Shown: positions 23,209 through 37,800 of the stretch, one piece after another
How the letters are laid out: the number at the start of each line of letters is the position of its first letter
How positions within the stretch are numbered: the first letter of the stretch is position 1
Origin: Balanoglossus misakiensis
Taxonomy: Eukaryota > Animalia > Hemichordata
NCBI GenBank assembly: GCA_040954595.2
Contig: CM082582.2
Coordinates: 4,076,303 to 4,140,302 of the forward strand
Direction of reading: 5' to 3'
Length of the DNA stretch: 64,000 nt
Notes under the pieces: model-generated
The model's input: only the letters and a program-made list of their open reading frames with translations
What the model was told of the DNA's origin: nothing
Database searches by the model: none
Position numbers and translations under genes: made by a program

Positions 23209-26200
23209 TATATACTTGTACATGTACCAGTCTGGTATGTGATTATATTCACTGAATACAGTCTTATGTTCACAGGCAGGTGCTCCATGGCTGTATTGCA
23301 CAGAGCACGGGTCCTGCATATATCACCATATTGTGTGCACTACCGTATTGTTGTACACCATCCTTCATTAAAATGTTTGTATATACTGCCATTTAACGGT
23401 AAAGTTCGAGGAGCAACCGAGCCATGAAATCAATGCAAATGAGAACTGAATATTTTTTTTTACAAAATTATTCAAATGATTGGCATCTAGCCAAAAATAG
23501 AATGCTTCCATCTCTCACAACTGGTATGTAGGCTCATGCACATATCCGGTACATGTAATTTTGTGGTTGATTGGGAACCTGCATACAGTGAAACCTGAAA
23601 TTACGGAAACCTCTGACAGATGTAGAAATATTAGTTTTTTATATTCTTTTACCACTATGTTAAAAAATGTCAGACTGGCTGAATATTTTTATCGAACAAC
23701 ATCGTAGTTCAATGTCTGCAGGAGATAGATCAGGTTCCATGATGGGCTGTAGTCTTGCAGTTTCAGACTTTGTGAAGCCAGAAAACCAAGGCTATAGTCT
23801 CCTACATTGATATGCTGTGTTGAACTTCTGTCAATTGAAATTGTAACGTTTAAATTGTGTCGAAAACGATGACATAACTATCATCCCCCTGATTCTTGTG
23901 TGGGGTTCACACAGGGATCATTAAGACGTTTCTGAAACGTCTCAGGTCAAATACTGGAATAAATTATTATGTGTGAACAGTTTAAATGGTCCTGAAATGT
24001 TTCATATTTGAGATGAGATGGCTTTGCTGGCCAGACCTGAGCCAGTGTAAGGATTAACACCTCTCTGCAACACATTGTCTATGGGGTCGCGCGTCAGGGT
24101 CTATGCTTTAACTTTGCATGTGTCGACTCAAAGGATTAATGCTCTGTGTTTACATAAGGCGAATAGGGTCTCTGAAAACATTTATAATTTTACTCAGTGT
24201 GTGACATTCCAGTGGTTGTGAAATGATAATCGGAGCAAGGTCATGTGTAATTGCAAACACAGTTACCTCAGCTCTTGGTCATATTTGATGCAAAAGCAAC
24301 TATGAGAATCATACTCTTGTATATTACCAGAAATTCTTCCATTTGTAATATTCTGAGAACTGTCTCAGTCTGGCATAAACCTATTTAATCATTTCTAAAA
24401 TATGCCACCATCACTTAGGGATATCAATCGTTTGTGGTCTCAAAGACAACCCCTTCCATCTGACCCCTCCTATTAACAATTATGGATTCTTCCAAACAAC
24501 ATATGTTCCATAACTTGATAACCATCTGTTGCAAAGACCAGGTAATTAATTTCAAACAAAACAGTTTTTTTTTCATTATTTATCTTTTATAAATTTTCTG
24601 TATCTGAAATTTTATAAAGAGATATTTCTGACCTATCATCACATTTGGTATTGCATTAAAACACAAACGGAAGATAAACATGTATGCCGAACGCTTTACA
24701 GGCACCATCATGTTTCCATGGTAACTGACAAAAGAAACAATGATATTTCCTCCATATGTCTCATAATTTATTTTCTGTGCTGATAGACTGCAACTTTACA
24801 AAGACCTACATATTATAAACTGTACAGCCACACTCTTGAAATAGATTGCAATTATTTACAAGTATGGCCACAAGAGGGCTCTTCAAGAAATCAAGTACCA
24901 AAAGCAGTTCTTGGAAACCTTTATGCAAAACTGGTGATTTTTTTTCACTCAGAATAATGCAGAATTTGCATACTGTAAATTTATATAATTCATTTTGATT
25001 TTCATGAGTTTTGCTTTGTGAAAGAACTATCAGAAGTGTGATGTTTGTTTCAGAATGCCCCACTACCAATGCATAACGCAATGGGCTTTAATTAACTGAT
25101 GCATTTAAATGGAGGCTTTTTTGGGAGAGGAGACGCCATGCTTAATATTCTAAACTGACAAAAGTGACTGGCCCATGGGGGGGGGGGGGGGAACAATTGA
25201 AAATTTCCATTCTAATAATTTATCATTAATTAATTAACAATGAATTGAAACTCTTCTGAAATGAAATACTTTTGAACGCATTACTTGGCTGAAATTATTC
25301 TGAAACATGGAAATCTTCTTCGGAATATTTCACTGCATAGACTCTATTAATGATTACATGTTTTAGCTGCATCCCTGCTCTTGTTTCTTATTTTGCAAAC
25401 TTCCCATTCACTGGATGGGAATGTGGCTTCCAAATTTTGTGTAGCGTCTACTGAGCTATGAAGTGTTTTAAATGATTATCCCAAAACTTGACGTGTGATT
25501 GAGCAGTGACCAGCAGCAAATGGATGGGGTTTAAAATTTGCGGTGGGCAAATAACATCTGATCACCCCTCCTCTTTAATGGTTCAACCTACGAGTGAAAG
25601 AGATAGCGAGATTGTTTTTGAAACTTGTCACTGTTGGCGGCAGCTACCTACGAGTGTGTTTTAATCTGTAAACAGTGAAAGGTAAATCTACTTTTCTTAC
25701 TTTTTTTTCATGTTTGAGGATGTCTACTGGAATCTTGCAATGTGTCTTTCTTTTCTTTGTGGACCCTGAAAGAAACCATTATAAGGAGTCTCTGGCAGTA
25801 AAAGCTACTAGTACTGAGTGTACTGTCTACAGTCAACCCACTTTGTGAGGTACACTCTAAGACCTACGTATTCCAACAAGAAAATTTCAATATGGCTTAG
25901 AACTTTCCATGGTGCGACATTATTGTGACCTTTTGTCAATTTAAATAGGTTTCATTTTGCAGACTTTGTTTAATATGTTTCGCTCACGTGTCCTTTGTCA
26001 ATTTTTAAAAATATTTTTGATCACATTCTGTTCATCTTATATTTTATACACAGCAAATACCAGTATAACTATAAGTGCTATACTTACAGATATATAAAAC
26101 TTGTCGTAAACTCTTAAATGACCTTGCATGTTCATGGTGTTTTTGTATAGACAAGTTTCCAAACTATCATGTCTGTGTATTAAAGCCCCACAAGTAGCCA

Positions 26201-28262
26201 CAGTATTTTACTTTTAACTTAAATTGGTCCATCTAAATAAGCTTAACTGATAGTTATACATGAACATCTTATCGACTCCAGATTGTGGGAACAAGTGATA
26301 TATTAAATGGGTGTCACACCCGATTAATCAGTCTCCATGGGCGTTGGTGGGCGTCTCCAAGAAACTGATGCAAATACAAGTAATATGGCTTAATGATGGT
26401 GATTCTAAAGGATAGGGAAAGATTTGAAGTATTTTACTATGGACAAAAATATGTTAAATTTGGCAGCTGAATGTAACAAATGGTCAGTTTTAGTGTAACT
26501 TAGTCCTGACAGGAATCATATTTACAGTTATTTTTATCATTAACATATTCTTTGAGTAAGTGTTGTGATTTTTGATGGCAGTGAATGTGTAAATCCGAAA
26601 AGTGGTTGATGTTAAGTTTGCCAGGAGTTTGTGTTTGCTGACAATTGCTTAATCTGTACTTGTAAATTGAGAAATTTATACTTTGTCAAGTTGCCATGCA
26701 GAAATGTATGATACAGAGTATAAACCTTATGGTAAAAACACTATTTACATATTTAAATTTAGCTTGAAGCAATATACTCACAAATTTTTGTATTGTAAAA
26801 GGCAGATCGACATATCAAACAAAATCAAATTCATAAACCCAAAATTTTTCACAATTTACAATTTTAATTGTTTGTGAATATTTCATTTATTCTGGATTGA
26901 AAAAATACTGGCACATGTCATAATAACATTTCTGTGGTTGATTAATTTTGCTCAACATTTTTATTTTCAGTGCAAATCCAGAAGTGTACCTCTTTCTGTT
27001 GTGTTGCATTCCTCTGGATAAACTACTTATATATATATGTATCATCAAGGTATTGGCAACGTTAAGCATATATTTTTTAGCTAAATTATTGGAAAAAAGT
27101 TAGTTATACAGTTCAACTCTGATTATTTAAATTCAGTATAATTGGTATTTTGGTAATTATTTCAGTTGTCTGACCCAAAGGGATAGTTTCCAGCGAAAAA
27201 AAAATTAAAAGTAAAGTTTAAATTTTGATGTTCAGTTTCAGTCATATAGAGTCTGGGTTACTGGTATAAACATTGCAGGAATTTCCATTTTAGTATCTGA
27301 CCATATGGAAGCAATCAGTCAAGTGAGGTTTATCCAGCACAAATCCAATTCTTACCCTTTTCACAAATCACAAATTCTCTTTTCAGTTTGGGTGGAGATG
27401 TGTCACTTAAACCATCTTGTGATCTGTTACTCATTTGTTTTGGTATTGTGTTGCGATAAAGCAACAAAACACATTGCATAGATTTTGATAAGAATGGCCC
27501 CATTCACACCATTGTCCCCGAAATTAATTCTGTTACCCAACATATTGATAGACAAAGAATAAATCTGTTTTGCTTTTTCTCATCTTTTAAAATATTGTCA
27601 TATTTCCTGGCCATATGGTGGAGATTTGATGATTTTGGTTGTCATAAATTAAATTTTTCAAGTGACGGCAATATGTTGGTGTCGAATGGTATTCAGAAAA
27701 TTAATGAAACTTCTTTATGATAGTGAAATAATGTATATCTGGTATATGACATCTCTTGATAGGTATGGCACTGCACCATCTTGTGCCATTCATCCAAACT
27801 CTCTGTTCCTTTGTGGCTGTTATGACAACCAAGCTGGCAGCAACTTGTTTATGATATGATTGATATATTTTTAAGATAGCTGTTTTATGATAGATTGTCA
27901 TCTCGGGGAATATTTGACGCCGTGATGGTAGAGTTAGTGGATACATTTGTTTGGGTTTCTGGTAACATGTGGGGACCGGTGTATAGAATTGTTCTGTGAG
28001 ATAACAGGCACATGTACATTCAGCTGTTTCACCAGAGAACAACAGCTGTACCGCAACCTGGTCTCTGGAAGCTGATACTCGACCACAAATGTTGCCTTTG
28101 CCTATTATAAATCCCATTTCAGCTTTCTTTACCTCAATTTATTTTTAATTTCAATTCCATCCTTTTTTTGAGAAAATGAATGATTGAAGCATTGTTTAAT
28201 CTTCAGTCTAAATTAAAAACAACAACAATACAATTGACCGTGTGACAGTTTAGTATCATAAA

Positions 28263-28778
28263 AGGGACAAAGTCTCTCTCTCGCTGCCCCTTTTCCAGTA
28301 ATTATGTTTGATACAAGACACCATTTATGTTATTCTACATGTGGATACATTCAACCACACATACCTTCCATCCCGCTTGTAGACACGAGAGTGAAAAAAC
28401 TCCCCAAAATGAATAATCAGAGTTTTAATACCATTTATTCATTTTGGCGAGATTTTAACTCTCATATCATACAACAGGATGGAAGTTGTGTGTGGTCGAA
28501 CGTTGATTCACTATATACAGTAAAACTCCAATTATCCGAACTCCAATTATCCGAACTGTTTGGTTATCCGAACTGCTGTCATGTCCTCCAAACAGTTCTA
28601 TTGTATAGGATCGTTATCCGAATAACCGAACTGTCTGCATATCCGAACAAAATCAATGTCCCCCTGTCAGTTCGGATAATTGGAGTTTTACTGTATCCAC
28701 ATTTAGAATAACATAAATGTTGTCTTGTATCATACATAATCAATGGAAAAAGGGCAGCGAGAGAGAGACTTTGTCCCT
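28263..28778. mobile_element. Kolobok-like foldback MITE (AGGGACAAAG TIR) carrying a nested MITE
   Basis: Arms AGGGACAAAGTCTCTCTCTCGCTGCCC..TGTGGATAC and GTATCCACA..GGGCAGCGAGAGAGAGACTTTGTCCCT; flanks TAAA/TTAA; symmetry continues to a central loop near 28420-28434. Confidence 0.8.
28518..28693. mobile_element. pogo/Tigger-like MITE (CAGT ends, TA TSD) nested in the foldback element
   Basis: TA|CAGTAAAACTCCAATTATCCGAAC ... GTTCGGATAATTGGAGTTTTACTG|TA: perfect 24-bp TIR with internal TATCCGAA repeats. Confidence 0.9.
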
Positions 28779-29307
28779 TTAACAGGTTTGGGTTTGGTTC
28801 CATTGATTGTCTATCCCTGCATCTACTCGGTAAGTCCTTAAAACATTGGTAGTCAAAGATCATGTATGCAGACAGATAACTCTAACTTGCCTGGTTTTTT
28901 TGGGTTTGGAAGCAAAGCGGACAAAATACAGCTAGAAACTAGACAGGGATATACTGAAAGTGAACATTTTTCACCTGTCAGCTTTGCAATCAGTAAATGT
29001 ATTTCTTTCCAATAATGACAGACCAAGATATAAAACAGTTGTCTCTAGTCAGAACCATTATTGCCTCAACTACCTGATAAAAAGCAGATATGTCGCTTTT
29101 GAGATATATCATGTTGATATAATTTCTCCTAAAATGAATATTTTACAGATCAATTAAATTAGTAATTTACTGCCTCTTTTCATAAGTCCCCCCAAAATCT
29201 TCATGTTAAGCCTTTTCACCACCATGGTTTGGATGCAGTCGTACTCAATAGGTGGGAAATGGGGTAAAAGCATTACAAGAATAACATGCATCATGACATG
29301 GTAAAAG

Positions 29308-29444
29308 CTAGCTACAATAATTGTAGCCTTGGTGGGGTGGGCTGGTGTACGCTGTCGGCTGGCCTGATTGCTGACAGCCCCACGAACAGGCCAGCCGACA
29401 GCGACACACCAGCCCACCACCAAGGCTACAATTATTGCAGCTAG
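29308..29444. mobile_element. GC-rich palindromic MITE (TAGCCTTGG...CCAAGGCTA core 29324-29428, Academ-like ends)
   Basis: Near-perfect hairpin; the symmetry extends 16 bp into both flanks. Confidence 0.7.
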
Positions 29445-30682
29445 GTATTTAAAAAGCTGATTCTGATTGGCTGCATGGCAACTCATGTACCACTTCTGTC
29501 AAGCCTGGATGTGGTTTTGGGGAACTCGATCGTCACGGCTGACAAACCATCAATCCATCAATTTGTGGTTTCAGACTGTCCAGTCTGTCAAGTTGCTATA
29601 AATGGTGGGGCATGTGGCATTTTAAACTTTAAAGACATTTTCATTGCTCGAGACTTGACTGTCATTTGATATCAAGGCTTGACCCAATTCACTTTGATGT
29701 AAACCATGAAGACTAGCATCTGGAAGCCAGCAGCTGACAAAGAGATCCAGATATAAACATTGATAGCCTTAGATCACCTCCTCAAATGGTGTAAAAGTCC
29801 GACATGTACAGCAGGTCTCCCAAGGAAATCTGATTTTATTGGGGGTGGAAATACTTGTTTGAATCAGAATCAAGATTGGATTACAACCCTGACTGGTAAA
29901 TGCAAAAACCTGTCGCGGTCACAGGGTTCAGTTTTGCAACAGGCCAGGACAATTTGATCCGTCCAAGCTGCTTCGAGGGAGACATGAGAAGCCTGGACAA
30001 GCCTAGTGGGTTCAACTTTGTGAAAGAAACAATCTGTTAGTGTCAGGGTTCACTTAAGAGACAAGAAAAATCTGGACAAACCAGTAAGTAGAATTTGATG
30101 AGAGGGAAAACCTGCACTCACCACAGGCTTGCAAGAACATTGTTTGAAAATAAAGGCTATTAAGGTAACAATACCATACATTTATTTCCGGGCAAGCTTA
30201 GTTTCAAGGGTATATACATACATGTACTTAATAATTTCCTATCATCTAACATGCAAGTACTTAGTATAATCTATCAAATATTTTGATTATATACACACAT
30301 TGATGACACTATCAGCAATGGAGAATCAGATCTGAATGTTGATGCCATGTTTATATTTATAGATCAAATATTTCATAATGAAAGCATATAGCTATTTCTT
30401 CATGTGTCACAAGATATTCATTGCATGATATGTTGCTTGAACTCCTGTCGTCAGACATATTTCTTGACTCTTTGGACTCCACGTCAGCATTTTGATTCTT
30501 GGTTCCCTGATACCGATGACAGCTAACTCTGACAACAGAATTTTTGGGCTGACTTTTCTGCTATTAGTTTGAATTATGCTTTCTCAGCATCAACTTTTCA
30601 ATACCATTAGGTACAGGGACTGAGGGTCCTAGGTTGATAAAGTAGCTATTAAGATATCAGATTTGATTGACAAAAGTCATCT

Positions 30683-30687
30683 GTATG

Positions 30688-30731
<44 letters not shown>

Positions 30732-30770
30732 CGTGCGTACAGACATACATACAGACAGACGGACAGACAT
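30683..30770. repeat. (TG)n / (GCGT) / (ACAG) compound microsatellite
   Basis: Directly visible. Confidence 0.9.
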
Positions 30771-31534
30771 TTGTAAAGTTTACCCTCATGTGCATAGCAC
30801 TTGCCAACACTGGTGTCTCCTGTCCTCCACTTGTATAGTAGTGGGATTTATCTCCACTTGCAAAATCCATAAACTTATGTCCGTGCATGCAATGGAACAG
30901 AGATAGAAAACATGGTCACAAACTGAGTAAACAAATAAACAAAAACATATAGTTCCACATAAACAAATAAAAAAGAAACGAAGGACACAACACCACAGCA
31001 TGCTGGAGCTTGAACCTCCGAAAGATTTAGGAGTGATGCGCGAGTCATTTCATACATGTCATACAAGGAACCTACTGCCATTAACCTCAACCGTCACTCT
31101 GATACCCCCATAGATATTGCTTTTATGTTAGATATAGAAAATATTCTTCAGATTTTATCAATTGCATGTTTATATTGTGCACAACACCAGTATATTATTA
31201 TGCTCAACACCAGTCATATATGCAGTCTGATGTTTCTACCCTGAAACTGTACTATAGTGAACTCTATAAAGAGCCATTTGTTTTGTGCAGTCATATTAAA
31301 TATTCTGAAGGTTAGCAATGACGCAGTCTCTGCAAATTCCAACAAGAGTTTTCTGAAAGTAATGTGGGAATGGTATAGCCTCCATAATATTCTTAGACTT
31401 TTAAGGAACATCTGTTCCTTGGTTATCAATGTGGTGCAACAGATGATACGGGACATGACATTCTTGATGGCATTCCTGTGTGCCTGTTCTGGTTGTGTTT
31501 GTTGGATACTTGAACACTTGGCACCAGACTTCTG

Positions 31535-31894
31535 TCAGATTGGATATACGAGAGCTCTAATAATCATTTGGGATACTTTGGAGACAGCTTGTATGATCTT
31601 CGTGGCGATTCCCGACAAACTGAAGTTTTCCAGTGGCAATGACCCTTGTCTAAAATGTGTGATTTATGGCGTCTGTCCATCTGTGTGCTGAGTGAAGTGT
31701 AAGGGCCCGTTGCATCTTCACAGAATTTTGTTTCTGATTGGACCAGTACACATTGTCCAAAAAGTGCAACTGATATGGGAATGAGCTGATAGAAATTGCT
31801 CTGCAAGCATTAGGTGTGTGACATGTCCCTGAAAGGCTGATTTGTCAATTTCGACACACTTACAAATGCACTTGTGCCCTACCTGTGGGTACGG
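31535..31894 (-). pseudogene. Decayed Penelope-like element 3' region (Cys motif + GIY-YIG endonuclease relic)
   Basis: One minus-strand frame with stops reads PYPQVGHKCICKCVEIDKSAFQGHVT..HISCTFWTMCTGPIRNKIL*RCNG..DGQTP*ITHFRQGSLPLENFSLSGI..MIIRALVYP. This follows the motif order of Penelope-like endonucleases (CxxC..FxG..IxCxxC..YxG..LxxR..PVxxHF..LxD..I..LxxxP). Highly diverged and aligned by eye only. Confidence 0.4.
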
Positions 31895-33931
31895 AGGGGG
31901 CAGCTGGTGTGGTCACATCCCTGCCATGGATATTGTGCCCACTTGATGGCTCACCATACACTTATGGTATATTATAAAAGTGTTTCTTAAAATCAATGAT
32001 GACAGATGGCCGAAAACCATACCTGACCTTCTCATAACACCTTTTGTAACCATGAAAGCAGATGAAACAAAATCCTGTTCTGCTCACACAGCTGATGAAA
32101 TGTGTATGAAATTTCTTGAACTCTTAATTTCATAACCCCAGTCCACAAGCTGAAAAAGTCACTTACTTTAATACTGACTTGCTATGTAATATGCATTACA
32201 ATCAACAAATGGTAAAACAAATAAAAAAGTAAACAAAAAAACAGGAAAACATTTTTACTAATATGTGAATGTGTGCCTTCATCTTTATTTTTCTCTTGCT
32301 GCAAATTTTATCTTCTAATCATTCCTTGTAAAGGAATATGACGAATGTGCATACTGTAGTCACATGTGTTAAAATTCTTATCCATGAAAATATTTTAATA
32401 GTTGAGTTAATTGAGCAGTAAATGTCAGCATTTGTGTGTGATGATTCAAATTTTTCAGATATTTATTTGTGGACCGTTCAAACCTTGGAAGTTGAACGAT
32501 TTCAATCCATTGCAGTTACTTCCCCTCTTTCTTTGGATACCAAATTTTAATGAAAATGTTACAACTTAATTCTGTACCGAGATTTTCGATAGCTTCTTTG
32601 TGTTCATTTCTCAGATACTCTGCCTGGTCCGGATACCTAGAGTATTAAATAAGAATGTTCCCATGACATGCTATTTTCGTTATGCACGTTGGCTGGGTGA
32701 GCATTCCTTCGAACACCTGCTAGCAGACAATCAAAGTTAGTGATTTATCACACGCGGAGAAATGAAAATGTCACCTGTGCTTGTATGTCATGTAACTCGC
32801 CAGCGTCATTCCCATCATGCTTTCTTGGCAGTCGGTTCTTTTCTGTCGGAATATACATTTTTTTCAGAATTGACTCAATTCCTGAAGTTTTTCATTGCAA
32901 AAAACAAAACAAAAACAAACTTGATATTCATTTTGAACTTAAAATAGCACTTTCATGCTTTAATTCAGTGCTGATGAGAAAGTTTTAATAGAAAAGTAAT
33001 TATTTTCAAACTTTCTTCATTGAGAGTTTTATCAAATACTAACTTTGGTGTGATGTATACTGATTCATTGCTACTTTAATGTGTTTTTTTACTTTTCTGA
33101 ATCCATTGGAAGATTTTCAGTTTGAAGGCGTGCCCGTTCACTTTTTTGCTGTACTGATCAAAGTGAAGGTCATCGTATGTGATATAACATGATGTGGGTT
33201 GACCAATTAAGGCCATGTGACCAGGTGGGCGAGGTGTAGTGTTTCCCCTAAGGCTTATTTGCATGCTTGTTAGTTGCTCAGTGTTAACACGTGGTTTGCT
33301 CTCACAGTGAAATGTGAATTGCGCAACTTTATTTCTTGTTATATCATTCAAATATTAGATTTCCCCGAAATATACTCAAGACAAGAACCATTATTGTGTG
33401 GGCTGGCTGGACACATTTGCCGGTGTGAGATTTAAAATTCATCCTGAACAGATTCTTATTTTCACCTCCAGCCTGCTCGCCAGAAGAAATTCCCCTGATA
33501 ATACTGTTTCATCCACCCTTTACCCCAAAACCAAACTTTTGTATGTTTTTTGAACATTAGAGGGAACACTAGCAAGGTGAATGTTAACATCTACAGGCAA
33601 TTACAGCTGCCGTTTTCTTAGTTACTATACCTTCGTTTTAAAAACAATGAATACCGGTACATAATTTGTGCAGATGAGACGTTACACAAATTGTACGTTG
33701 TTATCAAAGTAGACTTTGTATTCCACAGTGGTTGTAATGGCTTCTGTGCCTTTGACTTCCTCTTGCTTGTTAACTTGAGATTTCCAACTTGTTTGGTTAC
33801 CACTCATCTCTGTTGTTCAGATTGGACAGTTTTCAGAGGTGTAGCACTGGTGATGGGCCTGGGTCAGTGTAAAATAACCAATGTGGACACGCCGCACCAG
33901 GTACCAGTAGGCCTCTAGTGCAGACGCGGCC

Positions 33932-34085
33932 TAGACTCTCTCACAGCCCCTCTCGCCGTCCATGCAGGCTTATACTGTCTGATTGCATGTGTACACAACA
34001 CCATATGGGGCTTCTCCTTTGCTAAATGGTTGAGGGGGCGTCAGTGAAGAGCCTTGTAGCGAACCGTGGGCTGTGAGAGAGTCTA
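33932..34085. mobile_element. Academ-like MITE with 10-bp TSD
   Basis: TIR TAGACTCTCTCACAGCCC / GGGCTGTGAGAGAGTCTA; flanks AGACGCGGCC (33922-33931) and AGACGCTGCC (34086-34095), one mismatch. Confidence 0.8.
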
Positions 34086-34629
34086 AGACGCTGCCCAAAT
34101 CTAATCCCCAAGGACATTTACTTTATGTCACCCTAAATTTCAGTCGGATTAACAAATGTGAACAACATTAATATTGGAGTAAAATTAGCAAGGGATGCAC
34201 TGTTTATATTTCTATTATCAATCTACATACATGCAAACCTTTTAAATACATGTATATTGTGAAGCATTGTACAGGCTAGTACCTAGACGCAACACATGGC
34301 AGTGTGGCACGTGTAAAAATATCAGTGCCCTGGGTAGACTAAGTAGGCAGGGTAACACCTCAGATGTTCGAAACTATTCTAAAGTAGCATCAATGCACCA
34401 CCTGTTGCTCTTGGAAGCTGAAGTGGTTATTGCAAAAGCAGTTGATAAACGGCAAGAAATACGTGTTATAAAACAGATGTACTAATGGTAACACTTCATA
34501 TAGCCAACACCAGTAGAAATAGCCAATGCATGTGTTCAGGCAGAGATTCAGAATCAATGTTGTTGTATCAGTGAGATATCTGCAGCAATAAATATTCTGG
34601 GTTTGAAGCAGAGTTAATAGAGCCACACA

Positions 34630-34831
34630 CAATCTGATTAAAATCAGATGTAGAGTCAGGCGCCGCCTTTGCCCTTGCTGAATCTCGACAGATCTGTTTG
34701 GATATGTGCGTATACCGAGAACAGCCAAGACAGAGAACAGAACAGCCAAAACAATCACCAAAGCTAAAACAGCACCTACATCTGCATCTACATCTACAGC
34801 ACCAACTCTTCATTTGATTTTAATCAGATTG
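34630..34831. mobile_element. MITE with CAATCTGATTAAAATCA TIR and 9-bp TSD (Academ- or MULE-like)
   Basis: CAATCTGATTAAAATCAGATGTAGAGT / ACTCTTCATTTGATTTTAATCAGATTG; flanks AGCCACACA and AGTCACACA. Confidence 0.75.
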
Positions 34832-37800
34832 AGTCACACAGTGAACTTGAGATTTGATTAAGTCAATATAGTTCAGTATAATGTTTGGCTTTTTTCATCA
34901 TCTTTTTCCATCTATTGCAGTGTATTTTAGTTACATTTATAAATATAGCCTGTATATGTTTGGTAAAAAAAAAAGCCATCGTTGCAGTTACAAATCCCTT
35001 GAAAATGAGATTTTGTGAAAAATCATTTTGTTAAATATTAAAGTGGTATAAATGCTGAAGATATACAAATAACCAACAATGTGTATCCACGTGAAGAGTG
35101 CTTCATCACTTCCCCCCCCCCCCCCCCCCAATATGACTTTACAGTCATTGGCCCAAGTTCAAAAATTTAGTGGAACTGTCCCTGTTCATATAACAATAGA
35201 GTGAGTCACATGCAATTTGTAAATTTCATAACCACGGCAAACTGTGTCAACTGTATCAGCTGTGTGATTCACAGCCTTGCCAGTTCATCAGCTGAGTGAT
35301 GATAGCACTTCAAATGATCCAGGTACCTTGGAGTGTACTGTCTTCGTATTGGAGTGTCTGGGGTGATGTCCTTTTTGGCCTCTTCTAGGAGGATGACACA
35401 GTTTTCTGTCGCGGGCAATATGTTATGTAGGTTATTCTTCAGAACTGGTTTTGTAAGGGAGAGAGTGTGATGCAATCAAGATTTCACAGCTGGAGGTAAA
35501 CTTTGCTTTGCCTGGATGCACGAAATGCTGTCTTGTATTGAATAATAGTCTGGAATCTTGTATCTTGGCGCACCCATGTAATTCGTCACTCTGCAAATAC
35601 AGTGACCTATTAAAGGTAGATGACTACCCAGATGCAGTGCTTGGTTATCACATTCCATAGTCCTACATTTAGAATTTTAAAGAAAAAAAAGTGTTGAAAT
35701 ATTGTCATTTTCATGAAATTTTCACATAAGGTGATTCAAAATATTGGCTAAAAATTATTCTTCTCCACCCAGAGCAATAACTTGATAGCTGCAGGGGTTA
35801 AAGTTCAGAATATCAGGGCTGATATGAAGCGACACACAAGGGGATAGGTTCCTGCAGCCTTCCACCTGTTGTGCACCTGTTTAAAACGTTATTGACCAAT
35901 CAGAAACCGCCTTCTGAGACTGAATCACATTAGTTCTCATAACTGATTATATTACCTCAGAAGGTCTCATCTGATAACTAACAACACTGCACCTGTTTGT
36001 TGGGGATTGATAGTGAAACTGACCAATCATAAACTTTAGCATGACTACCTGCAGGTCACCTGGGATATTGAAATTATTTAGCTGATCAACTGCAATCTCT
36101 CAAGATGGTCTATGATTGTATGGGGGGGGGGGGGGGGGGGTCTTGTGGAAATAAATAACAAAAGTAACAGCTATTGCCCCTTGACATCATGTACATTGTA
36201 TGTCATTGAGCTCTTCCATATAAGAATACACCCCCCAGACTTATCAGTGCTACAAGTGTTATCGCAGACTACAGCTTCTGTCCATTATATTCCATATGAA
36301 ATATCTAATACATGTATATTTAAATAAAGGTGGATTTTCAATTTTTAATAAAGTTTTTGTTGAATGAGAAATTGAATCAAAGAGTTTATAGATATTAATG
36401 GTTGATACTTTTTTGTTATTTTAATTCTGCCAGAAAAGAGGATTCTGAAAAAAAAAACATGATTTGTGGTGTCTTGTAAGATATTTAAGAAAGTAATACA
36501 TGTATTTATTATTCTATTAATTAATCTGTAAGTTCCCTAAAATATTTCTAATTCCACAAACTACACTCCCAGGAAAGGCCCACCAAAATATCCATTGGAA
36601 ATTATGTGAAATCATTTCTCGACTAGTATGAAATGAAAGCCATTTGTAATAGCTATGTTCACCTGTTTACTTGTGTCATAAGCAAAATGCAGACTATTCA
36701 GTTAACTGTCTGTTCTGATTGGTAACAAATTGAAATATTTCATCAGCTGGCTGAGAAAAAAATGTTGAAAACTTCAGCTGTTTTACGAATTAGTGACAGT
36801 AATATATCATAAAAGTGTTAAACATCAACAGTGCCCATAACATTCACATTTGAGGAGGAAAAAATATTTTGGCAGCTTATTAATTATGATCACATATTTT
36901 GAGAATTAAATGGATATTGAAGTTACCTTAGGGATGCAGCTATTTTATAGCATAAGTATGTTATGTGAGATGCTTTATGAGAAAAAAATTTGGTTAAATA
37001 GAAATTTTGATAAAGATGTGATGGTATTATAAAATAATAAATAATAAATAACTTCTTTGAAATGAGACACATGCATAATTCAAAATATTTGTCAACTGAA
37101 AAATTCAATTTGACTGTATACAATGTAAATGTAAGCCCAGTGCATGTAGATGTATATAAATTCCATCAACAAAGCAGCAGATCGGGGATTTAAATAAATA
37201 ATCTAATCATGCACACACAAAAATAAACTTATCATGAGCTGAAAGTATTTTAAGATATATATATGTACATATACATAAGAAATCTGGCCACTATCATTTA
37301 ATACTTTAATAATCCCTTTGACTGGCTAAATGCAAGTCTAATAACATTTATCTGGATAGCTAATTTTTTTCAACAGTTTAATGTCCACAAAGCCACTAGT
37401 AGTAATTGATTAAAACTGCCACCAAGCCTTTGAATGTCTTCAAAGCTCTCCATTCCAGTTAGATGGGGAATGTCAGAAGTATGAAATTATGCCAGAGATT
37501 TCAGCTGTTTGATTGATTTAAGTCCTCTGCCAGTATTTCCCACTCAGGACATTGGTCTTCTGACCCGACTATACAAGTTTGCCAGCTGTGTCAATTGGAT
37601 TAAACAGGTGCAGCTGACACAGGCACTCTGCAGCTTGTGATACCTGACTCGCCCAACTGTACCAACCAACCAACCAGCCCAGGGTATTGTGGGCAGCAAA
37701 CTACATCGCAATAGAGATAGCATATGGCATGTCCAAATATAGACAGGTCCCGACGAATTTCTTTCCGACGATAGGACTTCTGCAGTCACCGCATTCTTTC

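Noticed and set aside
33472-33540. Possible 69-nt cassette exon (good acceptor, TTT|GTATGT donor)
   Set aside because: Weak donor context and no recognisable peptide; cannot be supported without RNA data.
35270-35660. Two collinear minus ORFs faintly resembling an L2/CR1 LINE ORF2 C-terminus (LHNILP..TPRY)
   Set aside because: Similarity is too weak to call by eye; needs a profile search.
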